Below, one piece after another: positions 23,401 through 34,552 of a DNA stretch of 64,000 nt. Position numbers and translations under genes: made by a program. The stretch's first letter is position 1, and every line of letters begins with the position of its first letter. This stretch comes from Antedon mediterranea. Taxonomy: Eukaryota > Animalia > Echinodermata. The notes under the pieces were generated by a model. It searched no databases, was not told the DNA's origin, and saw nothing but the letters and a program-made list of their open reading frames with translations. The stretch covers positions 1,912,201 to 1,976,200 of the forward strand of contig NC_092670.1 in NCBI RefSeq assembly GCF_964355755.1, written 5' to 3'.

Positions 23401-26215
23401 ATGTAGGGTAATGAGCTGTTAGGAGCTCATTTTACTAAACCTCAGCATTATGTGGTAAGGTGGCCAGTTCCTTTCCACGCCGCCTTATGCTCCCTAGAAT
23501 TTTTAACCAGGTACTTATTTACAGCTGAGAATTGAACCCGGGTATCTCTATATGACAGTCAAATGTCCTAACCGGCTACCCTACAGAGATCAAAAGGGTA
23601 AAACAGCTTCCACAAAATAAAGGTACCTTGTTTGTCCAACTTGAGATACTAACAGTTTACTACGAAGCTCTGGACATTCATCAGCTACCTATAATAAACA
23701 ATAATCAGAATATAGCTGAAGATTTATAAAAGTTTGCTAAATACGAATAAATGAGGACATCATGTTAAATAAAAGTTTATGATTGTACCTGGTCAACAAA
23801 TGGTGCAACGCTTTCATCTGTAATGATACAAGTAGCCTTGGCATCTTGTAATCTTTGCTTGATATCTTTGGCACGTAGTAAGGTGGTTCCAGGACACAAT
23901 ACAGTACCTACAATATATAAGGGCAACATGTAGGCCTACACGATATTAGAAAGGGGAATGTGCTTGAGTATGGGGATATAAAGTAAGGAGAAATAGGCTT
24001 AAGTATGGGGATATAAATTCAAAATCAAACCTCTAATGACTGACCTTATTTTCTTATATTAATAATATTCTTGTTGACTTTTTGCATTGCAATCATTTCA
24101 GTAATAACAATTATTGGATTTTAATTTGTCACTTTGATGAATTACAGGTTATCGATCGGTACAAAAAATCATGTGACCTGAAGCATATACGGTTATAGTG
24201 CTGAATTGGGTCTGCTATATGTCAAATAGAATACTGTTTGCAGTATACATTGTATGCCGTGTAGTATATGTGAAATTACAGGACCCACTTATATTCTACA
24301 GTATTACGAATATTTACTACAATATTAATTTCAGATAAAATATTCAGTTATTATTAAAAGGCTGATGATCATCAATTAAATTCATATGGAACTGACCAGC
24401 TGGAAGAGATTGATGAATAATAATAAATTATAATGAATTAATTATTTTTCAGACAATTCAGGTCTAGTTCCACCTTCTTATGATTCACTCACGTAGGTTG
24501 TTTATTTCAAGTTGTCATTTTGGCAACCTAATATTGACGGTTTGACAACAAAAACAACATAGATGAGTGGGAGACCAAGAAACGGAAGAAGGCCGTGGGA
24601 GACCAAGAAACGGAAGAAGGCCGGACATGACCTGAAATAATTAAATAATTTATTATTATAACAATATATTATTCATAGACTTGACAATCTCTTACAGCTG
24701 GTCAGTTCCATATGAATTTAATTGTGATACGACTTTTATATTAAACAAATAAGGTAAACAAAGCAGTGGTTAACTTATAGTAGCAATGATATCATTAATC
24801 AATCAGAAAAATATGACACACAAACAATTAGACCTGTTGTTCCAATGTTCAAATATTGAGGAAGGATTTCAATATTTGATGATTTGTTGATCATATTTGA
24901 CCAAAGTTTAGTTATGTCTCCGGCCTATTCTATAGTGCCCACCAGATAGACTTGTTTATCAGTGATTCTATGAATGGATGACTAATTGTGGAACAGGAAC
25001 ACTAGTACAGTTAGAGGAAAAATGGTCATGTTTACAAAAGTTGTCAAAACAATATAGATTATCTGATAAAAATCCTAGAAATTAGGAAACCTTTTGCCAT
25101 TTTCCCCAGACTGAGTAGGCCTACCGATTTGATTTCATTTGGAAAATTACCTCACAATGATTAGATTATAAATTATTTTTAATATGGATACTTTGCATGT
25201 TTTTTTCCCACCTCATGTGGTGCATGATGCATAAATAAACTATTTAAAAAATAATAGTCTACCTGTACGTAAACATGCAACATTGACAAGCCACCACTCT
25301 GGAACTCTGGGAAGAATCAACATCACCACCTCTCCCTTGTTAACTCGACAAACTTGCTCCAAGATATTTGCAAATCTAAAAACATAAAATGTGATCATTG
25401 TGCAACACACCAGCAATAATAGTTTTGCCTTTAGAAAATAAAGTATAGAACAAAATGTGCAAAACCTGCATTTAAAGAAAAATAGGTGCTTATTAGAAAA
25501 AAAAGAATTCTATAAGACCACGAAATAAAATTTAAAAACAGGTGATTACATTTTCATAACATCAATAAATGTTACTTTTAATACAATTTTTTTCATATTA
25601 TGTAATATTTATTGTTAAATTCTCATATTTGTTACCTTTTTGCTTTTGATTGGATATCTTGAAATGTCCATTTTAACTCTTTTCCTTCATCATTGATCCA
25701 CCAAAGTGCTGGGTTTCTAGTTTTTCTTTCTCCATTCTAAAAATTAACATTTTAAAACAAAATTTATGAAAAAAATATGCACAAATATCAGTCAACTTCT
25801 TTATTTTATCGTTCAATCATAGTTCATTATTTATTTGGTATTTATATTTTATACAGTTAGGTATTACCTTTTCTTTTTGTGCCCATTCATCAAGGACTTC
25901 AACAAAATTAAAATATTCTGGAATCTCTAACTCAAAATGTTTACGACCAAGTTCATAATCATTAAAACCTGTTGCCGACACTGCTGTAAGAAATGACCTG
26001 ATTGGTTGATGGCTTTTTAATGATTTTCTTAACGCAGAATGCTGCCCAATCGAAAATCTTGTTGCTAAGATTTTGCTGCATTCTTTTAAAGAACGTTTAA
26101 AAATGAATTCCAAATTGTTTATATAAAATTGTCCATAATGCCGTTGAACTTTCCCATGATGCAGTTGAACTTTCCCATGATGCAGTTGTAGGAGCCTTTT
26201 TCCAACTTTCAACAT
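20479..26215 (-). CDS. ACSM3: Medium-chain acyl-CoA synthetase, mitochondrial (ACSM3-like), ~15 coding exons
   Basis: Basic N-terminal presequence and [19 protein letters not shown] (25868-26215); [16 protein letters not shown]; AMP-binding [13 protein letters not shown] (~23060-23100); [15 protein letters not shown]; SAGEPL; REGYGQSET; YLTGDRA; [17 protein letters not shown]; TAPYKYPRK; [14 protein letters not shown] (20479-20562). The paralog number is not resolvable by eye. Confidence 0.92.
21500..21613. mobile_element. Small MITE in an ACSM intron
   Basis: Imperfect TIR TTGGTTCCCACTAGC ... GCTAGTGGGAGTCAA. Confidence 0.5.
22750..22956. repeat. 29-bp minisatellite (TTTTCCAGTTGATGTCAATTGGGGTCAAG), ~7 copies, ACSM intron
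   Basis: Visible tandem array; period measured 22892 to 22921. Confidence 0.93.
23400..23585 (-). mobile_element. Degenerate tRNA-derived SINE
   Basis: Minus strand reads GGTAGCCGGTTAGGACA...CCCGGGTTCAATTC (A/B-box-like), followed by CAGCTGTAAATAAGTACC. Confidence 0.45.
24374..24724. mobile_element. Fold-back MITE-like element in an ACSM intron
   Basis: AATTAAATTCATATGGAACTGACCAGCTG is inverted as CAGCTGGTCAGTTCCATATGAATTTAATT, with pairing extending ~80 bp inward. Internal 28-bp direct repeat GTGGGAGACCAAGAAACGGAAGAAGGCC. Confidence 0.7.
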
Positions 26216-28219
26216 TTTTCATACATACCGGTTTTACTATTGATCTACCAATATAAATAGAATATAACATCATTTTATAGTAGTTTATTTCAAGTCAATC
26301 ACAGCAATGATAAACAATGATTTAGGTTATGCCAATCATAGATTTTGGCATACAATGTATTATCTACAAATATTAATACAGTATGATGTTAATGTTTTTA
26401 TGTTCAAGTTTAACGTAAACATTTATTTTCTTTCATAAACAATTACAATAATATAAATTAATAAGGTACTTAAACAGATAGTATTGAATTTGAAATATAT
26501 ATAAAAAAAAACATATCATTTTACTCTTTTATTTTATTAAAATGTTGTCAAATTTATATAGTGCTTTTGCAATTATCAGATTGTTCCTAAAGCGCCTAAA
26601 ATGAAACTAAAGATCAGATGAGAGAAAAAAAGATTGAAATGTGTAAAATATAATTTTAAAAAACAAAAAATAACAACACAAAATCAGAGCTAAGAGCAGC
26701 CTGTTAGTGTTAGTGCTAGGCAGGGGATTACTGTAGAAACAATGACTGCGAGGATACGTGTAAGATGTTAGGTGTGGTACAGAATAAATACTCTAAAATC
26801 GCAGTAAAGATTATTGCAGCTCCTCGCAGCTACAGTATTAACACTTCATGATCATGTGTTCAACGATTACCTATTCTCAGCATTGTTTCAACCAACCAGC
26901 ACAAAGATATTATTTACATTTTTCAATTGTTTGCTCAGCATGAATATATTATATATTGTATTATAAATGATAATTTCAACCTGTAACTTATAACAAAATA
27001 TCTTGAATCATTCATTTGAAATATTTAATTATTTGTAACAAAAACTACAAAATAATTGAAATATATCTAAAAATTATAAATTTTGTAATTTTCCAATCTT
27101 AAGACAGTACATGATGCGTTTGGTAAATAGTTGGTTACATGGCTAAAACAAAATTGGACTAACATTGAATAAGGATTATGTGAGCACCCCTAAATACAAA
27201 TGGACTAATCTTGTGAATAATGAATATTGATTTTTTTTTTTTTAGTAAAGCTGTCTGTGTAAAACCAATACAGTACTTGTCACTACAGTACTACTTGTCA
27301 CTTACTGAAAAATAATTAATAAAGACACTGAAATAATCAACAAAATAAACATTCAAAATGTCGAGTGGCGGAGGATTTAGTTCGTTAAGGTAAGATGTTT
27401 TTACATATGCTTCCAAATAAAGTACGGTACTAACTACTATGATCATTTGAACCAGAAGTAAGCAATTTAATATAATGCAACTACTGTGCAAGTGCTTAGT
27501 AACAGGTTATAGCAACAGCACTGTGAGCGAGTTCCCCAGTTTTACGGGGCAGTATCATGTGACTGGTATATCTGTTTATTTATCGCACACAATTTTTTAG
27601 TTGCGTTCAAATTCTAATCTTATAGCATACTTATTTAAACAAATAGATTTAGTGGTGAAAAAATAGGAATAAAAAGGCCTGTTTCCAGCAAGAGCAGCAC
27701 TTTAATTTGACTTTTTTCCATTATTTCTGAAAAAAAATTATAAACGAATGTTCACGTTATACTACAGTATTATAGGGTTGCTTACTTACTGTGGAATACT
27801 GTAGTATAGCGTGAACATTCGTTATTATAGGGTTGCTTACTTACTGTGGAACTTGGTTGGTAGAAGATCGCAAAGCTGTACGTTCTGCAGTGTCCGGAAA
27901 TGCATTATCTATGTTATGCGCCATTTGAACAATTTGCAATTTCAAATCGTTTTATTTCACAATTATAACAATTAGACTTTTAAAATTTATTGAATAATTA
28001 ATTATAATTTCTTGCATTATTTAACAATGTAAGCCTAATAAGTATGGTTATCAAGCTTTGGTTTTTATTTCAAACATCTATTTAGTGTTGTACCCAAATC
28101 CGGCCCCCCAAACCGCAACCCACTTTCTTATTCCTCTTTCTTGTTCATATGTTGTTCCCGCCGCATGACTGAAGACAGTTCTACTCATTTCTACCTTTAG
28201 GTAGGTGTATCACAATTCT

Positions 28220-28378
28220 CTGCCACCTGGATCATCCACCCTGTCACCTGGATCATCCACCCTGCCACCTGGATCATCCACCCTGTCACCTGGATCATCC
28301 ACCCTGTCACCTGCCTGGATCATCCACCCTGTCACCTGCCTGGATCATTCACCCTGACACACCTGCCTGGATCATCCA
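28220..28378. repeat. 21/25-bp minisatellite (CACCTG[CCTG]GATCATCCACCCTGT), ~7 copies
   Basis: Visible tandem array just after a candidate donor TAG|GTAGGT at 28201. Confidence 0.9.
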
Positions 28379-29507
28379 GGCCAGTAGTGGTGGTGGATGG
28401 ATGATAGGCCCCTCCTGCACTATCTACAGTATTAGGCTATCAAGTAGGCTAGGGAGTTGGTGCTTCTCTGCAGGATGGTTACTTGGTATTAACCGGCTGA
28501 ATGACGGCTATTTTAACTACGGAGTATCAAGCAAAATCAATATTGTCACTATAAAAACAATACATTTATCTTATTTAATTACTTACCACCAAAAAGTTTA
28601 AACTTGTTTGATGAAAACTCCCCCGTTACCGACCGTCGTAGCTCAGTCTTACCTCTCCATGTGAGAGACCCTGGAGAATAGGGAATCAACCATTTCCATA
28701 AAAACACATTATAAGTAAGTGTAGAGAAAATGTTATTTGTAAATACAAATCAACCCTTATCTGTATGGCAACTTCGTAAAGTACAAACTAATTAACATTA
28801 ATATAACAATAACCAAGATACAACTAGATTAAAATTTATGTAAATAAGAAAATATTATCAAGCATGAAAGACGAAACCCTTATTACAAAATGGAACGACC
28901 TTACAAGAAATAAACACGAGCTTGACCTTTGAACTTCCGAAAGACGTTCTCTTATAATTTGACAAGATTTGCGAAGTAAGTTGGCATGGGCGGTCTATTT
29001 TTATTGTTTATTAAATCAACAATATGTTCGTTAACAATGTGTAAAGTATTATCAAGAAAAGAGTATGATTGAAGAAAAATGTTGTGCAATCTACAGTATG
29101 CCGTTTTAGCGTGAATTTAGCTGTAAAACGTTAAATAAATAGACTAACCTTTAAGTACTCTAACCAGAGTGTGGTCCACAGTTCACACGACCAGCAGTGT
29201 AGGCTGGTGTAGACTCAACTAGGCCCTAGCTAGGCTGCCCTGCCTGGTTGATAGCCCAACTTTCCTGACAAACGGAAAGCTAATATTTTGGTCAGTACTG
29301 TGTCAATTATCAGGAGAGGTTTACAACCTTGTTAATATGGCTACTTACAATCGAACAATTAATTGTAATTTTAATATTTGAGTTTTCTGCAACTATCTAT
29401 CAGATATGATAATACTTATCTAACTTTATTATTAACTGTATCATATTTTCATATTTAATACGATCAGTAGGCCTACTGATATACACAAAAAAAAGAAGTA
29501 CAATATT

Positions 29508-31853
29508 ATGGCTTCAGAAAAATGTAATGAGGAAGAAATAGACTTTGAGTCTGACAAAAATTTTGTCTTTATAAAAATCGAAGAAAAAGACAATGATGAA
29601 GAAAATATCCGTAGGCAGGTGTGTTTGGAATCTGTTGACATATTGAAGAATCCACACGATCATGATCTATATAGTCTTAACACCACTGCCATGCAAGAGG
29701 ATGTAGAGCAGACATCACAAAAACATGTCTTGAGCAGTGGCGATGTGTTGGAGACGGAACAAAATTCACAGGTTTTGAGTAGTGATGATATGCAAGTCAA
29801 AGAAGAACACAAGTCACTGCCACCGGTCTTGAGCAGTAAGGGCATGGAAGAGCAGGAGGAACAGGGAACTCTGAAACAATTTTTGAGCAGTACTAGTAAT
29901 GTCAAAAGAGTTAGAAGATTCCAAATGAAATGGAAGCTGAAGTATCCCTGGATCGATTACATTGGGGATTATGACCTTATAAATGGCGTTATGATTTGCA
30001 CAATTTGTCGAGAGTACAGAAAGCATGCCGATCAAAACTCCAATTTTTTAAATGGAACAAGCACTTTTAGACTTGGTGCAATTGATGCTCATAACATTAG
30101 TAAAGGTCATAAGAAATGTATTGCAATGAAGCTGATGGAAACTGTCGACCAAGGTACAGCGATTGAGAATCTTTTAAAAATGAATCAAGAACGATCGGCA
30201 AGAATAAGATTACAAAGAAATGAAAGAAGAAAAAATCGCAGAAAGAAAATTGCGGGATTGATAGATGGGCTTGTGAATGGATCAATGGTGTCATGTGACA
30301 AACCAGCAGTAAGCAATGTAACTATACAATGTGATAAAAAATCTAATAATATAAGTGACAATAATTTGAAAAGAGAATCGCCTCCAATGGAAATACAAAA
30401 GCAAACACTACCAACATCGCTTCCAGACACAAGTCATAGTTTCACACCACCGAAAAAGCCCCGATTGGTTGATTATGAAAGAAACAGAATTCGTCGTTTT
30501 CAGTCGACGTGGCAGCTAGAGTTCCCATGGCTTGATTATTTAGGAGATCCTGATCGCCATAACGGCGTCATGTACTGCAAGATTTGTAGACTTTTTCCAG
30601 AGATTGCAGATCAATCTTCTAAATTTTTTTCCGGTACAAGTAGCTTTCGTAGAGGGGGAATTGAATCGCATAACATCAGTGTCGCACACCGTGCATGTCT
30701 TTGTAGAAAGAATGCTCATGAATCTATGAATACAGATCCAACAGAAGAATATGTTGATAATCAATCCAGAAGATTTGTCAGAAAGACAACAGAGAATGCT
30801 ACAAATGAAATCATAAACGATTTACCAAGTATATCAAACCAACCAACTTATACTGAAGTAATTGGTTTACATGAAAACTCTTTTATTCCAGAAGATGGTT
30901 TCGACCAGGTTTTATTCCAGAATGATTGGACCTCACTGTTTCCTTGGGTGGCATATACAGGTTCTAGGTCAACTAGTGACGTGTACTGTAGAATATGTAG
31001 ATTGCATCCTCATGATGCTGACATCAATTCTAAATTATTTAAAGGTACAAAGATAGTACAAAAGCGTTTACTCCAACTGCATTCGGAAAGTGCATCGCAT
31101 ATTCTTTGTGTAGCAAAACAGTTTTTCGATGAATCTTTAGGAGATTATAATTTTCACTCACCATTACCAATAAATCATTCTTCATCAAACAGTTGTACTC
31201 CTTTGAAGTTGTCATCAAGCAATCACTCATCAGAAATTTTATCTCGCAATCAGACTTCTCTTAATTTTCTATCATACAGTCCCACTACTTCACATTCATT
31301 ATTGCAGTGTCAGACATATTCAGAACCAGCATTACATATTCCACAAGCTCCAAATCAAATATCAGCGGACTTTCCACTTCCTCAAACTGAAATAAACTGT
31401 AAACCATACACACCCATGTGTCGAAGATATAATGAGAAACGTAAACTTCTTGAGTCTAGCAGCCACCAGAGTAATCTTTCCCATCAAAGGTCACATGCAG
31501 CTGCTTTGGAGACCACGTCATGGCAGCCGCAAGAAGAAACTAAGACAGAAGAGTTCTGTAATGTTTCTACATGGAAGAGTGAATTTGTTTGGTTAGACTT
31601 TGACTGTGGTTCTGGTGTCATGACCTGTAAACTCTGTCAATGCTATCCAATGGATGCGTCAACATCGGAATTCTTGAAAGGTTCTAAACATTTTAGTAGA
31701 GACCACTTAGTTCAACATGCCAAAAGTAACGGACACAGAGCTGCTGTTTGTCGTAACTTTCTTGCAATTCTTGCTAAGCAGAACACAAATCCTGAAATGG
31801 AAAATGATAAAGTAACGTATAATGATTTGCCAGAAGAACAAGGTCATAGGTAA
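29508..31853 (+). CDS. Single large exon encoding four hAT-transposase-type (ZNF862/C17orf113/TTF-like) zinc-finger domains; no transposase catalytic domain
   Basis: 781-aa ORF with four repeats of F..W...(F/Y)(P/V)W.......(M/V).C..C.........F..G...F......H..S..H. Basic NLS-like segments RRKNRRKK and PPKKPR; psi-KxE motifs IKIE, VKEE, LKRE. No RNase H/DDE or hATC region and no flanking TIRs seen. Confidence 0.85.
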   Translation: MASEKCNEEEIDFESDKNFVFIKIEEKDNDEENIRRQVCLESVDILKNPHDHDLYSLNTTAMQEDVEQTSQKHVLSSGDVLETEQNSQVLSSDDMQVKEEHKSLPPVLSSKGMEEQEEQGTLKQFLSSTSNVKRVRRFQMKWKLKYPWIDYIGDYDLINGVMICTICREYRKHADQNSNFLNGTSTFRLGAIDAHNISKGHKKCIAMKLMETVDQGTAIENLLKMNQERSARIRLQRNERRKNRRKKIAGLIDGLVNGSMVSCDKPAVSNVTIQCDKKSNNISDNNLKRESPPMEIQKQTLPTSLPDTSHSFTPPKKPRLVDYERNRIRRFQSTWQLEFPWLDYLGDPDRHNGVMYCKICRLFPEIADQSSKFFSGTSSFRRGGIESHNISVAHRACLCRKNAHESMNTDPTEEYVDNQSRRFVRKTTENATNEIINDLPSISNQPTYTEVIGLHENSFIPEDGFDQVLFQNDWTSLFPWVAYTGSRSTSDVYCRICRLHPHDADINSKLFKGTKIVQKRLLQLHSESASHILCVAKQFFDESLGDYNFHSPLPINHSSSNSCTPLKLSSSNHSSEILSRNQTSLNFLSYSPTTSHSLLQCQTYSEPALHIPQAPNQISADFPLPQTEINCKPYTPMCRRYNEKRKLLESSSHQSNLSHQRSHAAALETTSWQPQEETKTEEFCNVSTWKSEFVWLDFDCGSGVMTCKLCQCYPMDASTSEFLKGSKHFSRDHLVQHAKSNGHRAAVCRNFLAILAKQNTNPEMENDKVTYNDLPEEQGHR

Positions 31854-32185
31854 ATGCCTACAATCTATTAGAAGTAGAAAACACCAATTTGGTTTCCTTT
31901 TAAAATATTATTAACATTGTTAAAAATATATCACTTGGGATTTTCTGAAGTACCTAGTTTAAATGTTTTAATTGATCTATAAATTGGGAAACCACTACAA
32001 TATGGGCTTTTAAGGCACTTTGAAACATACCTGGCCTTCTGAAGCATATCTCTGTGTAGAATGTTATTGTTAAATAAAAAAAATATTAATAATCATTTAC
32101 AGTATGCATACGGTAATTTCTTTGAAAAGCAACATTAGATTTAACATTGTCGTTAATGTTTTCACATTTTTTCTCCAACAGGCAA

Positions 32186-34370
32186 ATGATAAAAAGAGCC
32201 GCAAGTATGGAAGAGTTCAATAAAATGCGTGACAAAGCTAAGAGCGCTATTGACGACTCTGCAGCTGACTTGAACACCATCAGTCAGGAGATTTGGTCGA
32301 ACCCAGAACTAGCGTATGAAGAACACCATGCCCACAAGATCCTTACAAACTTTTTGGAAAAACAAGGCTTCGAAGTTGAGCGTAAATACATCTTGGACAC
32401 TGCCTTCCGAGCTACATGGGGTACAGATGGGGGCGTTACCATAGGAGTCATATGTGAATATGACGCCCTTCCAGGGATAGGACATGCTTGCGGACATAAT
32501 TTGATTGCAGAATGTGGAGTTGCTACTGCTATTGGTATTAAAGCTGCTCTTGAGATGAACTTAGTTAAAGATCTTAAAGCAAAGGTAAACACAATTTTGA
32601 GCAGTTTTATAGTCATTTTGTTTTTATCCTTGCTTTAACTACTCAGTTGAGAGAATCGTAGTCCTTCTGTGCTCGTGGTGTGATACAACTATACAATACA
32701 GTGGCCATTTTGTAGAGTCACTGCCCTGCTCATATCAATTTGATGTTGCCTAGTTTTACAGATCTCTGAATTCAACAACCATACACTCCATGTATATATT
32801 TAAAAGAGGCTCTTAGAAACATATTTTTAAAACAATTTACCCAAAATGATTAATTTATTAATACACTGGAGCTTGTAAGTAATAGTAAATTTATTTATGA
32901 TAAAAAATGTGACCTCTTTAATTTATGAATTAAAGAATATATATGCAAATATTGTTGCTGGTAGAATTAGTACAAAGGACATGTGATTACAAGTATTATA
33001 ATTTATGAATGAACCAAGACCAGGATTTTATACAACACAGTCTAATCATAAAAAACAACCAATTTAAGATTATATTTATTATAATATAATGCATACACTA
33101 CGGTAATACATTTTTTAGGCCACTAATTATCTTGCTTGTACTTTAAACCCTTTTGCATACACACTAATGTATATTTAACCTAAAAAAATAATATAAACAT
33201 CATTTACTAATACAATTCAATGTCGTGGAAAGTAAACAAGTTTAGTTTAAACCTCCAAAAAGTTTACAACTTGTGCGAGTTGAAACAGTTGTACAGTACA
33301 GTATTAACTTCTGTCATAATCATTTGTTTTTAAAAAGCATAGATTCATATCTTTTTCTGTCAAAGTCTTCAGATAGGTTGAACTTTCATTTTTCTTAGAT
33401 TGTTGTGCTTGGTACACCAGCAGAAGAAGGGGGTGGAGGAAAATGCCAGATGATTGAACGTGGTGCATTTGATGGCTTAGACGTTGCAATGATGGCCCAT
33501 CCATACGCCCACAATGTCTCAAGACCAAAAGCACTGTCCATGCTAGAGTAAGAATCCTGAACAAACTATTATATTTAAGTTTAAGGGAGAATAGAATTTG
33601 TTATTTTGAAATAAGTTTTGTCAGCTTATATTGAGTTTTGAGATAGTTGCCTGTATATTATGTCCCAAAACTCAAGCCCACAGCATCATTACAACCAAAA
33701 GCTCCCTTAAGATTTTATAGAAGCCTGTCTTAAGGAAGTCTGGTTTTCACATGTATTATAAATAAATATTATACCTGGTAAATATCTTTTAAAGTATTTC
33801 AACATGATAAAAATGATATGCCTTCATCATCAAATTACTTTACTACAGCATGTTTTTTTTACAGTATAAATTTAATTAAAATGTTAAATTTCAGATTAAA
33901 GATTAGTTACCATGGTAAATCAGCACATGCAGCTGCAGCACCATGGGAAGGTGTCAATGCATTAGATGCTGCCGTAGCATGCTATAGCAATTTATCAAAT
34001 CTACGCCAGCAGATGAAACCAGATTGGAGAATCCATGGTAAATAAGGATATAATTCTCATAGTCAGGAGTTCTTGATGATTTTCTGTCTATCAAAACTTG
34101 TCCTGTAGCTCTGAATAGCATACACTGACTTTTAATCTACTATAATAAAATGAGAAATTTGTTATAATTTATTCATAAAAAATTAGGTAAATATAATATA
34201 TATAAACATTTTTAGGTATTATAACTAATGGAGGACTTCAGGCAAATATCATTCCTGATAAGGCGGAGCTATCGTACTACTTGAGGGCGCCAGATGAAGA
34301 GAATTTAGCACTGCTAAAAGAGAAAGCAGTAGCATGTATTGAGGGAGCTGCCAAGTCTACTGGTTGCCAG
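32186..34370 (+). CDS. PM20D2: Peptidase M20 domain-containing protein 2 (ACY1L2/Xaa-Arg dipeptidase-like), shared exons
   Basis: Exons 32182-32584, 33399-33547, 33895-34037 and 34216-34370. Motifs [80 protein letters not shown]. Ends in a phase-0 donor. Confidence 0.95.
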
Positions 34371-34552
34371 GTAATACTATTGATTTTCTAAGAATAATTT
34401 TTTTCTGCAGGAATAATTAATGTCATATATAAATATTTTTTTTTTACATTTTACTAACACCAGGGTGTCATTTTAAGCTAGCAGTGTGTGTGTCAACATC
34501 ATTCCAACTTTTGAATTTGAAAATTACACCTCTGCAAACATTTATTTTCCAG

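Noticed and set aside
23520-23585. tRNA gene (also the B-box at ~49705)
   Set aside because: No complete cloverleaf; both are SINE heads.
29508-31853. Autonomous hAT transposon
   Set aside because: No DDE/RNase H or hATC dimerisation region, and no TIR or TSD found around the ORF.
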